Positions 28,717 through 38,174 of a DNA stretch of 64,000 nt are shown here, in pieces (the first letter of the stretch is position 1; each line of letters begins with the position of its first letter). Below the pieces are notes generated by a model, which saw only the letters and a list, made by a program, of their open reading frames with translations, did no database searches and was not told the origin of the DNA. Both the position numbers and the translations under genes were made by a program. The DNA lies in IMG/VR virus record IMGVR_UViG_3300020202_000003, positions 265 through 64,264 of that record; one strand, 5' to 3'. This DNA comes from a virus (taxonomy: Duplodnaviria; Caudoviricetes).

Positions 28717-29052
28717 TCAGGACCCTCCAAACTCCAACCGCATTTGCGTCATAAACTGTTCAATCCCCGCTGCCCCCTGAGTCGCCTTGATCAGCGAGAA
28801 TAACGCCCGGATCCTGGCGCGATAGTTCATTAGGGTGGCGTCTATTTCCTCCTGCGTTTCCGGCAGGAAGTAGCCCGGATTCGTCGCATCGCACGAGGAC
28901 CCGATCAGCATCTCGTCCGCCAATTCCCGCTTCAGCCGCCGCACCTGGCGCGGGTCCGTCCCCAGGAGCTCGGCCAACGTCTGCACCCGAATGGCGTTCT
29001 TCAGGCCTCGATGCCGGCTCAGAATCTCGCGGAGTTGGTCCGTGGTCGCCAT
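28717..29052 (-). CDS. Winged-helix DNA-binding protein
   Basis: AI...TLAELLGTDPRQVRRL...GYFL..T.EE. Confidence 0.7.
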   Translation of the reverse strand: MATTDQLREILSRHRGLKNAIRVQTLAELLGTDPRQVRRLKRELADEMLIGSSCDATNPGYFLPETQEEIDATLMNYRARIRALFSLIKATQGAAGIEQFMTQMRLEFGGS

Positions 29053-29054
29053 GG

Positions 29055-29074
29055 GTTACTTTCTCGATAGTGAC
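29055..29074. repeat. 20-bp palindromic motif, copy H
   Basis: GTTACTTTC-TC-GATAGTGAC fills the intergenic gap. Confidence 0.85.
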
Positions 29075-29322
29075 TAATCGGCATACGGCTGACGGTGTAC
29101 TTGCACCACCTGCTTCGCTAACGTCGCTTCGACCGCCTTCACGGCTTGCCGGATCACGTGTTGATGGGACGGCCCGTTTCGTGCGACTCGATGGTAATGA
29201 TGCACTTCCCGTTGCAGATGCCTACTCACGAGGCCCCAATGTGGCAGACACATCAGCTTGCTATTGGGCACCATCGATTGACAGCCCGCGACCGGACACC
29301 GATGGTAGGCAGATGACATCAT
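29074..29322 (-). CDS. Small Cys/His protein
   Basis: HRCPVAGC...LMC..HW. Confidence 0.6.
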   Translation of the reverse strand: MMSSAYHRCPVAGCQSMVPNSKLMCLPHWGLVSRHLQREVHHYHRVARNGPSHQHVIRQAVKAVEATLAKQVVQVHRQPYAD

Positions 29323-29458
29323 TGGTGTAGCCTTTCCCGGTAGCAGATCGGTCCCTCCCGCTTGTCGGAACATCCTCCGAGAGGGACCGAACGCCATCAT
29401 CGCGGGCGATCCAGGGCTCAGCCCGCGGCCCTCTGCCCATGGCACCGCATGGGCATAC

Positions 29459-30634
29459 TCAGAACTTCGACACCGCCACAATCATTCGCCCGAGATATTC
29501 GATCACCGGCACCGTGACGGCGTTCCCCATCATCCGGTACCGCGGCCCATCGGGACACTTACACCGGTTCGAGTCATAGGCTTTGATTGGCTGGCAGAGA
29601 CACGTCCAGCCATCGGGGAAGCCCTGAAGTCTTTCTGTTTCTGTCGGTGTCAAGCGACGAACGCCAACCGCATGTTGCTTCCCAGCTTGCAGCGTGAACA
29701 TTGGATCGCCTTCTTGACCAATCCCGCAGCCATTCCGACCACCGCCCATTTGGGTCTTAGCTCCCACCTCGCTGATCGGTACCAACGGCGTCCCTCGGCC
29801 GGTTCCATCCTCGCTCGCGTCGAAGCCTTCCGCTCGGAGGGTATGCGTCACCAGATGTTCACCGGGTTCAGTCCTGAACCCGCCACTATTGCCACCGCTG
29901 TTGAGACAGGCCGCAATCACCAGCTTAGATTCATCGCCAACTTGATCGCCGCGACTATGACCGCATATAACCGGCGCACATACGAGGTTCATATCGTCTT
30001 CCCCGCTTCGGCCTGGCGGGCTGACGCCAGGTCTCTTAGAGCGGCTTCTAAGACTGGCGGCAAGGTGCGCCCCCGTTTCTGTGCTCGCCGCAAAATCCCG
30101 GCCGCCGCCTTGGGACTCAAAGAGTATTTGCTCAACACATTCGACTGTAGGACCGCCGACAAGGAACACGCGCCGACGACGTTGCGGGACTCCGAAATAC
30201 TGGCTGTCCAGCACTGCGTAGCCGACCACAGGCCAGCATTCCCGAAGTCCTTCAAGGACCGCGGCCATATCCCGTCCGCCGTGAGAGCTAAACAACCCTG
30301 GAACATTCTCGAAGAGTCCATAGGTCGGCTTGAGCGCCTTGGCGATTCGGACGATTTCATAGAAGAGGCCGGAGCGTTCGCCGGCGAGGCCAGCGCGTCG
30401 TCCGGCAACGCTGAGGTCTTGGCAGGGGAATCCGCCGACGAGGAGATCAACAGGTTGAAGCCCGTCGCTCTGCCACTCCCGCACGTCAGTTGTGCGGGTA
30501 ACGTGTGGCCATCGAGCGGCGAGGACTCGGCTTGCGTCTCGGTCTCGTTCAACTTGCCAGATGATTTCACAGCCAACCCTTTCTAGCGCCAAATCAAACC
30601 CACCCACCCCCGAAAACAACGAACCCACCCTCAT
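29459..30634 (-). CDS. C5 DNA cytosine methyltransferase
   Basis: SLFSGVGG (I), GFPCQ (IV), ENV (VI), QRRRRV (VIII), RLTP..ERLQGFP (IX), GNAV (X). Confidence 0.95.
   Translation of the reverse strand: MRVGSLFSGVGGFDLALERVGCEIIWQVERDRDASRVLAARWPHVTRTTDVREWQSDGLQPVDLLVGGFPCQDLSVAGRRAGLAGERSGLFYEIVRIAKALKPTYGLFENVPGLFSSHGGRDMAAVLEGLRECWPVVGYAVLDSQYFGVPQRRRRVFLVGGPTVECVEQILFESQGGGRDFAASTETGAHLAASLRSRSKRPGVSPPGRSGEDDMNLVCAPVICGHSRGDQVGDESKLVIAACLNSGGNSGGFRTEPGEHLVTHTLRAEGFDASEDGTGRGTPLVPISEVGAKTQMGGGRNGCGIGQEGDPMFTLQAGKQHAVGVRRLTPTETERLQGFPDGWTCLCQPIKAYDSNRCKCPDGPRYRMMGNAVTVPVIEYLGRMIVAVSKF
29989..30360 (-). CDS. Nested alternative-frame protein resembling the beta polypeptide of M.EcoHK31I-type MTases
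   Basis: CSLSAVL...KYSLSPKAAAGILRRAQKRGRTLP..L..AL lies entirely inside the MTase gene. Confidence 0.65.
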   Translation of the reverse strand: MKSSESPRRSSRPMDSSRMFQGCLALTADGIWPRSLKDFGNAGLWSATQCWTASISESRNVVGACSLSAVLQSNVLSKYSLSPKAAAGILRRAQKRGRTLPPVLEAALRDLASARQAEAGKTI

Positions 30635-30692
30635 CGCATCGCCACCAGTAAGCCGTTCCCACACACCAGCATGATCATGCGGACGAGTTCCA

Positions 30693-31295
30693 TTAACCGA
30701 GCTCCTTCTCGGCCTCACCCATCGCCCAGTTCAATTCCTGCATCTTAGCTTCCGATCCGCCATGGTCCGGATGATGTTTTTTACACAGCTCTCGGTAGTC
30801 GGCCTTCAACCGCTCTGGAGAAATCACAGCATTCTCGATGTACCCAAACACAGACCGCCAGGTGTTCGGCGCCGGCAATGCCGTGAACCCGATGAACGCC
30901 CGCTCTAAGATCATCGCGCCACCATGCCGCTCGATCGCGCGCATGGCCTCGAGCGTTGCCGCGACGGCCGCCAGGTTGTCAGCGACCTTCGTATAACGAT
31001 CAACGGCCAGGACCTTATGGATCTTGTCGTTCTTCCCCTTCCAGTACACAGCTACCCCGGGATCACTCGGCTCGGCCTGCGACGAGCGTGGCCGACCGCT
31101 CAACGTCGGTTGCACATTCGTACTGATAATCACGTCAGTCTCTCGGACCCCCATCATGCCCAGAGAGTGCAGAACCCGCTCAGCCCCATCCGCCACACTT
31201 AGACGCTCCCGAAAACTTTTGAAGTTGGCGTCTTTGCGGGCATAGCTCTGCGTGCGCTTCCATCCACTCGGCCAGCTCAACGGATAATTTGTCAT
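30693..31295 (-). CDS. Phage J-domain (DnaJ-like) protein
   Basis: YPLSWP.GWKRT N-domain; C-terminal YR.L.KKHHPDHGG J-domain. Confidence 0.85.
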   Translation of the reverse strand: MTNYPLSWPSGWKRTQSYARKDANFKSFRERLSVADGAERVLHSLGMMGVRETDVIISTNVQPTLSGRPRSSQAEPSDPGVAVYWKGKNDKIHKVLAVDRYTKVADNLAAVAATLEAMRAIERHGGAMILERAFIGFTALPAPNTWRSVFGYIENAVISPERLKADYRELCKKHHPDHGGSEAKMQELNWAMGEAEKELG

Positions 31296-31394
31296 GATTC
31301 CCTTCTCATTCGATGTGGCGACCGCTGAGAAAGCCGATCGCCACACCGGGATGTCACGTGCGAGTACAGCCAGGAGACTTAACCGGCCAACGGC

Positions 31395-31934
31395 TCAGCA
31401 GGAACGCTCGGCTTGGCTGAAGATTTCGCCTTGGGCGCCTTGCGCTTGACCGCTTTCTTTTTGGTCGCTGCCATATCGCTCACCCCCTTTCAGGTTTAAA
31501 TGCCGCTCGGTAAACTCGCTTGCCCTCTCCACGGTCAGTTCATCGATCCGCACGATCATGCTCGGAATATCGGCATAGTATTTCTTCACGTTCACATGGA
31601 CCACTTGCGAATCGTCGACATAGAAGATGCCCGTGAGGGCATCCTTCAGGGTTCGCAGAAGCTTATCGGTATCGGGCTTTTTCAAGTGAAACGAATACCG
31701 GCGCTTCGGGAGGCTGGTCGGCTTGGGCATTTGAAACCAGACCGTCATGGCGACCGGCCCGCACCACAGCGGATCTCGCCGAAACTCTAAGACCGTATTC
31801 GTAATTTGTTGCGCCCATGGCTTGGTCTTCTTGTTCGCCGCCGTGATGATGGGACGATTCCAGCCCTTGGGCGTAAACATCCGACTGCTCCCCTTCGGGA
31901 TCGGCACCCCAAACACTTCAAACTCGATGGGCAT
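31395..31934 (-). CDS. rusA: Holliday junction resolvase, RusA family
   Basis: G.P.PKGS...KPDTDKL.R...DALTG..Y.DDSQVV....K.Y. Confidence 0.9.
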   Translation of the reverse strand: MPIEFEVFGVPIPKGSSRMFTPKGWNRPIITAANKKTKPWAQQITNTVLEFRRDPLWCGPVAMTVWFQMPKPTSLPKRRYSFHLKKPDTDKLLRTLKDALTGIFYVDDSQVVHVNVKKYYADIPSMIVRIDELTVERASEFTERHLNLKGGERYGSDQKESGQAQGAQGEIFSQAERSC

Positions 31935-32429
31935 TACGCCTCCTCGGCTTTAGACTTGTAGGGTGAGAGGAGACGTGTGCCCTCTGCTTGACCAGGCCGA
32001 GCATGTGACAGATCAGTTGCCCTCCACGGCTTGCGCCCTTCAGGTCTGCTATCCACGCCGCCCCTCACCCATTCGTCTGAAATCTCAATGGTTCGACCGC
32101 CAGTCCGCACCTTCACGCTGCCGATTCCTTCTGTCCGCCACACTCCCCGCATCGCACAATCTTGGTCAGGCGATATCCACCCGGGCTGACATAAGATTCC
32201 TGTTCATGTCTTCCCAGCCAGAACGCCAGTTTGCGCGCGAGCGCCTCCTTGCGAAGCGTCACCGGATCAACGGGTTCCAACGCAGGCTGTTCGAGTATTC
32301 GGTTTTTCTTAGGCATTCTGACTCCCTATCGGAAACCCTAGCTGTCGAAAAAGGTAAAAAAATATATGGGCTCGTTGTGCTCCGTTCTGTGATTCCGCTT
32401 CGGCTCCCTCACTACACACGGCAAAATTT

Positions 32430-32789
32430 TTAGCGCCGACTCCGCAAATGCACCTTGCGCTCTTCGCCGTCCATCGCCCGTTCTTCGATCATCTCCCCAG
32501 TATCCATGCGATAGACGCGAATGGCGTTCTTGGTGATGTCGACTTCTTCCCGGCAGGCTACTTCCACCATTTCGACGCCTTGGCTAATCGCCGTCGCACA
32601 GATGTTGACCTGCCGGACATGCCGCTTGATTTCCTCTTTCAGGGATTCCTGCACCCGTTTCATGTGGTCTTCGATCTTCTTCGCCTCGAGCTGACTCGTG
32701 GCCATCTGATCGGCCAACGCATTCTTGCGATAGCTGTCCACCGTCACCGGCAGAAACCGCTTGACCACGAGTCCCTTTTCCTCCGACAT
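32430..32789 (-). CDS. Hypothetical protein
   Basis: 119 aa, AAGGAGG RBS, 'RMDTGE.IEERAM'. Confidence 0.7.
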   Translation of the reverse strand: MSEEKGLVVKRFLPVTVDSYRKNALADQMATSQLEAKKIEDHMKRVQESLKEEIKRHVRQVNICATAISQGVEMVEVACREEVDITKNAIRVYRMDTGEMIEERAMDGEERKVHLRSRR

Positions 32790-32799
32790 GCCACCCTCC

Positions 32800-33855
32800 T
32801 TACAGCTTCGCCCAGTCCAGCGTCACGCCCTGCTTCTTCGCCTCGTCTTGCAAATTCGTCACAAACGCCGCGCGATGGTGCGGAGCAAGGGTACTGACGT
32901 TCTTCAGCCCGCCGTTAAAGATCGCCTTTACGGCCATCATTACCTTCATCCGGCCATTGTCGTTGCTCATGTAGAGCACCACCTTTTTCCAGGTGTCGTT
33001 GTCCTGCACATTAAACGGTACCGACGTGCCGCCTGGATCTGCGTGTGCGGCTTCCTGGGCCGGTTGCGGGTCCTGTGCGTCTCGCTCGGTGTTCTCCTCT
33101 GACGCTGCTTCGCGCTCCGTCGTCTTCGTGGGTACATCGACGGTCGTTGTCGTGGGCGCAGCCAGTGACGCCATCCGCTCCCGGACTTCCTGCACTTTCT
33201 CTTTCCCTTGTTCAATCGAAACGCTATAGGCCCCATCGGGCCCCTGCTCCGTCTCGATATCCATCTGCTCCTCGTAGAACTTGAAGCCTTTCAAGATGTC
33301 GCCGAAGTTGTCGCGGAGGTTCCAGCTCCGAGGCCGAAACATCATCATGCGTTGAGGGACGGTGCACCAGGGCGTCGGGAACCCGTTGGCCCCCTTCTTC
33401 TCCCACAGCCCAGCCCGCTTCGCGTCTTCGATGGAGTAGTTCGTGATCCTCAGTTTACAGCCCTTCCGCTTGGACATGCAGAACGACACCACGGCCTTCC
33501 CGTCGTCCGCCAACTTGAAAATTGGGAAAGAATTTCCATCAATGCGCTTCCCATCAATTTCAAACCACTCGTCGAAGTCTTCGAGCAAACCAGACGAGCG
33601 AACCAAGGCGAGCGCGGCATCCCCATAGATCGACGGCACGCCATTGACGACGGCAATCGATTGCAAGGCCTGAAGCGGCTGAAAGCCCAGCTCCATGCCG
33701 TGCATGATCGCGACAAGGATATCGTCCGGTTTCCCTTTGTAGGCCTTGGGGATCATGTCCGTCGCTGCCAGGACCTTACAGTAGGCTTGAATGTCCGGCA
33801 GGGTGTTGAGCTGGAGCGAAATGGAAACGGTTCGTGTAGCGACTTCTGTACTCAT
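32800..33855 (-). CDS. RecT/Redbeta-like single-strand annealing protein
   Basis: IPKAYKGKP.D...AI..G.ELG..P.QALQ.I.VVNG.PSIYGD; PW...PQRM...R...LRD.F.D.L.G. Confidence 0.82.
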   Translation of the reverse strand: MSTEVATRTVSISLQLNTLPDIQAYCKVLAATDMIPKAYKGKPDDILVAIMHGMELGFQPLQALQSIAVVNGVPSIYGDAALALVRSSGLLEDFDEWFEIDGKRIDGNSFPIFKLADDGKAVVSFCMSKRKGCKLRITNYSIEDAKRAGLWEKKGANGFPTPWCTVPQRMMMFRPRSWNLRDNFGDILKGFKFYEEQMDIETEQGPDGAYSVSIEQGKEKVQEVRERMASLAAPTTTTVDVPTKTTEREAASEENTERDAQDPQPAQEAAHADPGGTSVPFNVQDNDTWKKVVLYMSNDNGRMKVMMAVKAIFNGGLKNVSTLAPHHRAAFVTNLQDEAKKQGVTLDWAKL

Positions 33856-33868
33856 GATGATTCTCCTT

Positions 33869-33888
33869 CTTACTTTCTCGATAGTGAG
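33869..33888. repeat. 20-bp palindromic motif, copy I
   Basis: CTTACTTTC-TC-GATAGTGAG between a stop codon and the RBS of the RecT-like gene. Confidence 0.85.
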
Positions 33889-34632
33889 CTATATGGATAA
33901 CAACGCTTGCGTCGTGGCTGGCTGGGCAATGACGCTCAACGCAGCCTCCACTCTGACTTGTGCAATACGGCAAAACTCACATTGCGGGTTATGGTCGGGC
34001 TGGGCACCGGTCATACAGGCCACCGCCCGTTCGATCGTATCGAGGGCTCGGTTCGAATCGGCCTTGAGCCCATAGACTTTACAGCCCATGTTGAGACGTG
34101 TGCCGACAGACTCCACCGGGTAATAGTAGGCCAGGTAACCAGTGTCCGACATCTTCCAATCATTCAACAGCCCGGCCAAATTATAGATATCGATCTGTGT
34201 CCCGTAGTACTTCGCCCCGTCGTCCTTCGGTTCATCCCCCTTGCTCTTGGCATCGAGGTTGGCAATTCGCCCATCCGGCAGGACGAGCAGATCATCGTAG
34301 GCCATGATCAAGCTGACCGTGTAGCCCGACTTGGTTTTCACGGTCGGCTTATGCGGATTCGACTTCCAGTGTCGAAACTTCTTCATCTGCTCGTTGGTAC
34401 CGTACAGCTTCGTGCCATCGGGTAATTTCCCAATCAGCTCCATCGGGAGAATGCCCTGTTGTCGACAGGTGTCGTAATGCTCCTTGATCACCCGATCCAA
34501 TCCACCCATCAACGTCGCCATGATGCCCCGGTAGTTGATATCCTTGTTGACCATATCCCAGAAGCAGCGCGGACAGTCGTTGAACTTATTCAGCTTGCTT
34601 GGTGACAGACTGATATCCCAGCGTTCACCCAT
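33889..34632 (-). CDS. PD-(D/E)XK (RecB/Cas4-like) nuclease
   Basis: LSPSKL..F.DCPRCF, D...D.KS, Q..IY, CEFC. Confidence 0.8.
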   Translation of the reverse strand: MGERWDISLSPSKLNKFNDCPRCFWDMVNKDINYRGIMATLMGGLDRVIKEHYDTCRQQGILPMELIGKLPDGTKLYGTNEQMKKFRHWKSNPHKPTVKTKSGYTVSLIMAYDDLLVLPDGRIANLDAKSKGDEPKDDGAKYYGTQIDIYNLAGLLNDWKMSDTGYLAYYYPVESVGTRLNMGCKVYGLKADSNRALDTIERAVACMTGAQPDHNPQCEFCRIAQVRVEAALSVIAQPATTQALLSI

Positions 34633-34978
34633 TGGCGTTCTCCTTCATGTGGTTAAAGAGTGCATCGACGGTCGCAAATGGCGAGGTATCGTGCTTCCAC
34701 TCAAAACTACAAAAACCAAACCGCCCGGTCTTGATGTAGCCGGTGTCGTCAGGTGCCGAGATCCCGTATGCCGACACCTGGATACAGGTCGGCTGCCACC
34801 GTTCGCCAAGCATCTTCATTGCCTCGCGGCGATTGATCGCCCAGCGAATCCCATCAAGAATGGCTTGCCTTTCACTCGGCGATTCAAAGAGGATGCGCAT
34901 GCTCTTCTCATAGATCCGTTTGTCATGCTCATCGTAATAGTTATGCGTAAACATCACTTCCCATACGTTCGTCGTCAT
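34625..34978 (-). CDS. Hypothetical protein
   Basis: GGAGG RBS, ATGA overlap. Confidence 0.6.
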   Translation of the reverse strand: MTTNVWEVMFTHNYYDEHDKRIYEKSMRILFESPSERQAILDGIRWAINRREAMKMLGERWQPTCIQVSAYGISAPDDTGYIKTGRFGFCSFEWKHDTSPFATVDALFNHMKENANG

Positions 34979-35583
34979 CGTCCCGCCCTCCACTTCAGGA
35001 CTTGCAGTGCATTCATGAAACAAGCTTCATCGGCTAGGTGCTTGATTGGATTGATCGGACGCAGTTCATAGGTCCCGTCCGCTCGCACGTACAAATCAAA
35101 CAGCCGATCGCACAATTCGCATCCTTCCATCTTGGAGTAGGTGATGATCTGGATCGGATCGGTCGGCGTCTCCTCGCCGGTCTTCAGATCCACGATGTCA
35201 AACTTGCCCGGCCGTGTATCGGGGAAGCGGAGATCCGCGTCCCGTGTCCCCGCGACACCCAGCTTGCGATTGAACGACGAGGTTTCGACGCTCACCGGCC
35301 ACGGGCGTTTCTCGGCCATGAACGTATCGATCGCCAAACAGTAGCCACGATATTGCGGTAGATGTTCTGGGGCTTCACAGATGCCGCGCAGCGCACCCAG
35401 CTTCAGCGAGAAATAGATATGCAACAGTTCCCCGCGAACTCTCGCCGCTTCCAACGTGTCATACGGGACCCGTCGCAACCCGTCCCACATGACGTCTCGT
35501 ACCTGGCTCACCGAGAAGAAACACTCTCCCGTCTCAGGATGCCGGTACTCGTAGCGTTGGCCGCGCTCGCAGATCAGTTTCAC
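34975..35583 (-). CDS. Second PD-(D/E)XK exonuclease-like protein
   Basis: SVSQV, RG..LH, AGTRD, IVDLKTG, Q...Y. Confidence 0.78.
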   Translation of the reverse strand: MKLICERGQRYEYRHPETGECFFSVSQVRDVMWDGLRRVPYDTLEAARVRGELLHIYFSLKLGALRGICEAPEHLPQYRGYCLAIDTFMAEKRPWPVSVETSSFNRKLGVAGTRDADLRFPDTRPGKFDIVDLKTGEETPTDPIQIITYSKMEGCELCDRLFDLYVRADGTYELRPINPIKHLADEACFMNALQVLKWRAGR

Positions 35584-35585
35584 CG

Positions 35586-36668
35586 TTACCGCTTGCCTCC
35601 CCGGCGTGACACTTCTTCCTCGGTCGTCTCCACCCCTTCGAACTTCTGCCCATCCTTCACCCGCTTTTTCAGTCGGGCCATGTCCAACACAAAGAGATCA
35701 TCGGGTAAGGCCTTGAGCCGCGCATCGTCGCGGTAGTATTCCCCCTCAAGCGACAGCCCACCGGGCAGACAGACCGGAACCGTCACGGTCGTATAGGTCA
35801 TCTTCTTGCCGGTCGGCAGGGTCACGGTGCGTTGCACCTGTTGCACGACGGTGGGCGCAATGGTCGCTGCGACCAGTTCCGCCTGTTGGGCCTTGGCTTC
35901 CAGTTCGACCGCGCTGACCTCGTTCGAGAGTCCCGCAATCCGCTCGGTCAATTGCCGCTCCAAATCTTCCAGCACGAGCACGTCATCGTCTTCGCCCTTC
36001 GCTCGGGCAATCGCCTTCCGCTGTTGCACGCCCGTGAGCTCGGCTTGCAATTCCTCTTTGGTCTGTGCCACTGGGGACGCGCCGACCAATTGCTTGATTT
36101 CCGTGGCGCGTTGCGCCAGGACCAGTGCAGTGTCTTCATCGCCGTTCTGTGCCGCCGCCGCCTGCTGCCGCTCAATCTCGGCAAGGCGGTTGCGTTCTTG
36201 TTCCTCCTCGGCCTCTCGCTTCGCCTTCTCCTCGGCCTGCCGGCGCAATTCCGCCGCCTCGGCTTCGGCTTTCGCTTTCGCAATCCGGACGCGCTCGATC
36301 TCTTTCCGCTGGGCCTCTTCCCGCTCGAGCTGTTGCTTTCTCCGGAGATCCTTCACGAGTTGATCAACGCGCGAGCCAAGCGCCTTACAAAGCGTGGTGT
36401 ACGGTCGATAGTCGTCATTGATTTGCTTGACCTCGGTGTTTAATGGACGCACTTCGCTATCCCGGAACTGCTCCAAGAGGTCATGCAGATCCCGCATCCC
36501 CTGAACAAAGACCAGGCCCACACTGGCCGAATGATCATCGTGGACGAGTATTGATTGAGCCTGGATCTCAGCGTCACGGACCTTCTCAAATAAGGCTATT
36601 CGCTCAGCCCGAATCTGATCCTTCGACTTCGTTGCAACCGATTCAACAAGAGCTAGATTTCCGTTCAT
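35586..36668 (-). CDS. Coiled-coil protein of the recombination module
   Basis: Long E/A/R/Q-rich heptads; C-terminal D...LK..VK.G...EGV. Confidence 0.7.
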   Translation of the reverse strand: MNGNLALVESVATKSKDQIRAERIALFEKVRDAEIQAQSILVHDDHSASVGLVFVQGMRDLHDLLEQFRDSEVRPLNTEVKQINDDYRPYTTLCKALGSRVDQLVKDLRRKQQLEREEAQRKEIERVRIAKAKAEAEAAELRRQAEEKAKREAEEEQERNRLAEIERQQAAAAQNGDEDTALVLAQRATEIKQLVGASPVAQTKEELQAELTGVQQRKAIARAKGEDDDVLVLEDLERQLTERIAGLSNEVSAVELEAKAQQAELVAATIAPTVVQQVQRTVTLPTGKKMTYTTVTVPVCLPGGLSLEGEYYRDDARLKALPDDLFVLDMARLKKRVKDGQKFEGVETTEEEVSRRGGKR

Positions 36669-36671
36669 GAT

Positions 36672-37201
36672 TTACTCCATCCCCTTCAGTTGTTTGCGCC
36701 GATCCGCCCACTCGTTGAACACCTGATTCCGGTCATACTTTTTCTTGGTTTTCCGGATCTCCTCAATGATCGTGTCTCTTAATTCGAGGTACGTCTGCCG
36801 CAGCGTCCACCCGAACACGGTGGCCAGGAACGCCTGGAACACATAGCCGGCCCACACCAGCCCACCCGTCAGAAACGCCGCCAACCCCGACAGGAAGAAG
36901 GCCACCAGCACCAGGCATTCAAACCACCCGAGTCGGGTCATGACTTTCTCCGCTCGATGATCAGTGCATCGCCTTTCCATGCCCAGCGATAGCCATTTGG
37001 CAAAGCACTTGAATGAAAAACGTCCTTTACGTTCAGCGCATAGCGAGTACTATAACTAACTATCGGGCATGTGATGTACGCCAACTGTCGCGTACACTCT
37101 TCCCATTCCTCAGGAGGAGGCTCCAGACGTTTGGGCTTCAGCAGGTCGAGGATTTCGACTAAGAGCTGCTCAATCTTTTGTTCCATCACGTGTTGGTCCA
37201 T
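36672..37201 (-). CDS. Two small genes: two-TM membrane protein (36672-36941) and hypothetical (36938-37201)
   Basis: ATGA overlaps; hydrophobic segments in the first. Confidence 0.6.
37056..37075. repeat. 20-bp palindromic motif, copy J (intragenic, degenerate)
   Basis: CTAACTATC-GG-GCATGTGAT. Confidence 0.55.
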
Positions 37202-37341
37202 GACTTCCTCCTATCGTTCCGCAACGATCCAATCTGCCCGCTCGTCTTCCACATCGATCAGGCACTCGCGGCAGGGCAGATTGCGCTCGTGCTCTTCACA
37301 CACGGTCGGTTCATCTTGTTCGTGATTCGCGACACTCATGG

Positions 37342-37533
37342 TTATGCGGCCACACAGAGCCGAGCCGCCTCCTGCTTCGCTTTGTTGCGCGCAATGATTG
37401 GATCGGCGTAGGTGCCACACAGCAAACAATGGTAGGTGGCCGAGCGTTCCGTTTCGCTCATGTCGACGAACGAGGCATGAAACTGGAGCGGGACATCGAG
37501 CAGCATGTGAGCGGCACACTTTGGACAGGTCAT
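37342..37533 (-). CDS. CxxC...CxxCG small zinc protein
   Basis: MTCPKC..HM...YHCLLCG...DPII.RN; AAGGAG RBS; same pattern as the N-terminus of 14826-15281. Confidence 0.7.
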   Translation of the reverse strand: MTCPKCAAHMLLDVPLQFHASFVDMSETERSATYHCLLCGTYADPIIARNKAKQEAARLCVAA

Positions 37534-37712
37534 GGAAGACTCCTTTGAAAATCGCCCGGTGTGCGAGTGAGGAGTCGGCTTCCATTCCAACGCCTCGGCC
37601 TTAGTTCCGCACCAAAATGATGCGGCGAGTGGGGCACGCTCGAACACCGAGCCTAGTGGTGAATAAAGAAGGGGGAGCAACATGGAAGTAACTCCTTTAC
37701 TGACAACCGACG

Positions 37713-37892
37713 TCAGCACAGGCCCGGTTTCACCGGGCCCATCTTGGTCGCAAGACCCGCTTGGGCTTGCGCGTACCGTTGCACACAGGTTTCGACAATC
37801 TCGCCGATGGGTTGCTTGGCCAGGTCCGCCAAGAACTTCAGGACGAACGCGCAATCAGGACTCACGGCAATGGTCAGCTCGACCTTCGGCAT
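37713..37892 (-). CDS. Ribbon-helix-helix-like protein (not in ORF track)
   Basis: MPKVELTIAVSPDCAFVLKFLADLAKQPIGEIVETCVQRY; TAATG-coupled to the upstream gene. Confidence 0.6.
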   Translation of the reverse strand: MPKVELTIAVSPDCAFVLKFLADLAKQPIGEIVETCVQRYAQAQAGLATKMGPVKPGLC

Positions 37893-38032
37893 TAGGCGGC
37901 CCCTTGCATCTCGCGCTCGATAAGCCGCTTGATGACCCTGGTGATCTTGTTATGCTTCTGCGCTTTCGCGATCTGGCGCAGAAACGTCTTCTCCTCTTTC
38001 GTCAACCTGATGCTGGTGGGATGTCCGGCCAT
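37892..38032 (-). CDS. Ribbon-helix-helix (CopG/Arc-like) regulator in Cro position
   Basis: PTSIRLTKEEK..L..IA......ITRVIKRLIE; GGAGG RBS; first gene of the leftward operon. Confidence 0.75.
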   Translation of the reverse strand: MAGHPTSIRLTKEEKTFLRQIAKAQKHNKITRVIKRLIEREMQGAA

Positions 38033-38063
38033 CTCGCCTCCGTGTAGTGATTCTGTAGTGCGA

Positions 38064-38092
38064 GTTGTAGCACTAGTACTAGCACTTGTCAA
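38064..38092 (-). promoter_or_regulatory. Leftward sigma70-type promoter
   Basis: TTGACA-17-TACAAC with extended -10 TG; spacer contains the palindrome CTAGTACTAG. Confidence 0.7.
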
Positions 38093-38145
38093 GAGGGATA
38101 CTTACATTGTGCGTAAAAGAACAACACTCTCTTTCGTAGGGGGGC

Positions 38146-38174
38146 TAGACAAGCACCGGGACTAGCACTACAAT
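38146..38174 (+). promoter_or_regulatory. Rightward sigma70-type promoter
   Basis: TAGACA-17-TACAAT. Confidence 0.7.

Noticed and set aside
33889-34632. Cas4 / CRISPR system
   Set aside because: No array or other cas genes; sits beside the RecT-like gene as a recombination nuclease
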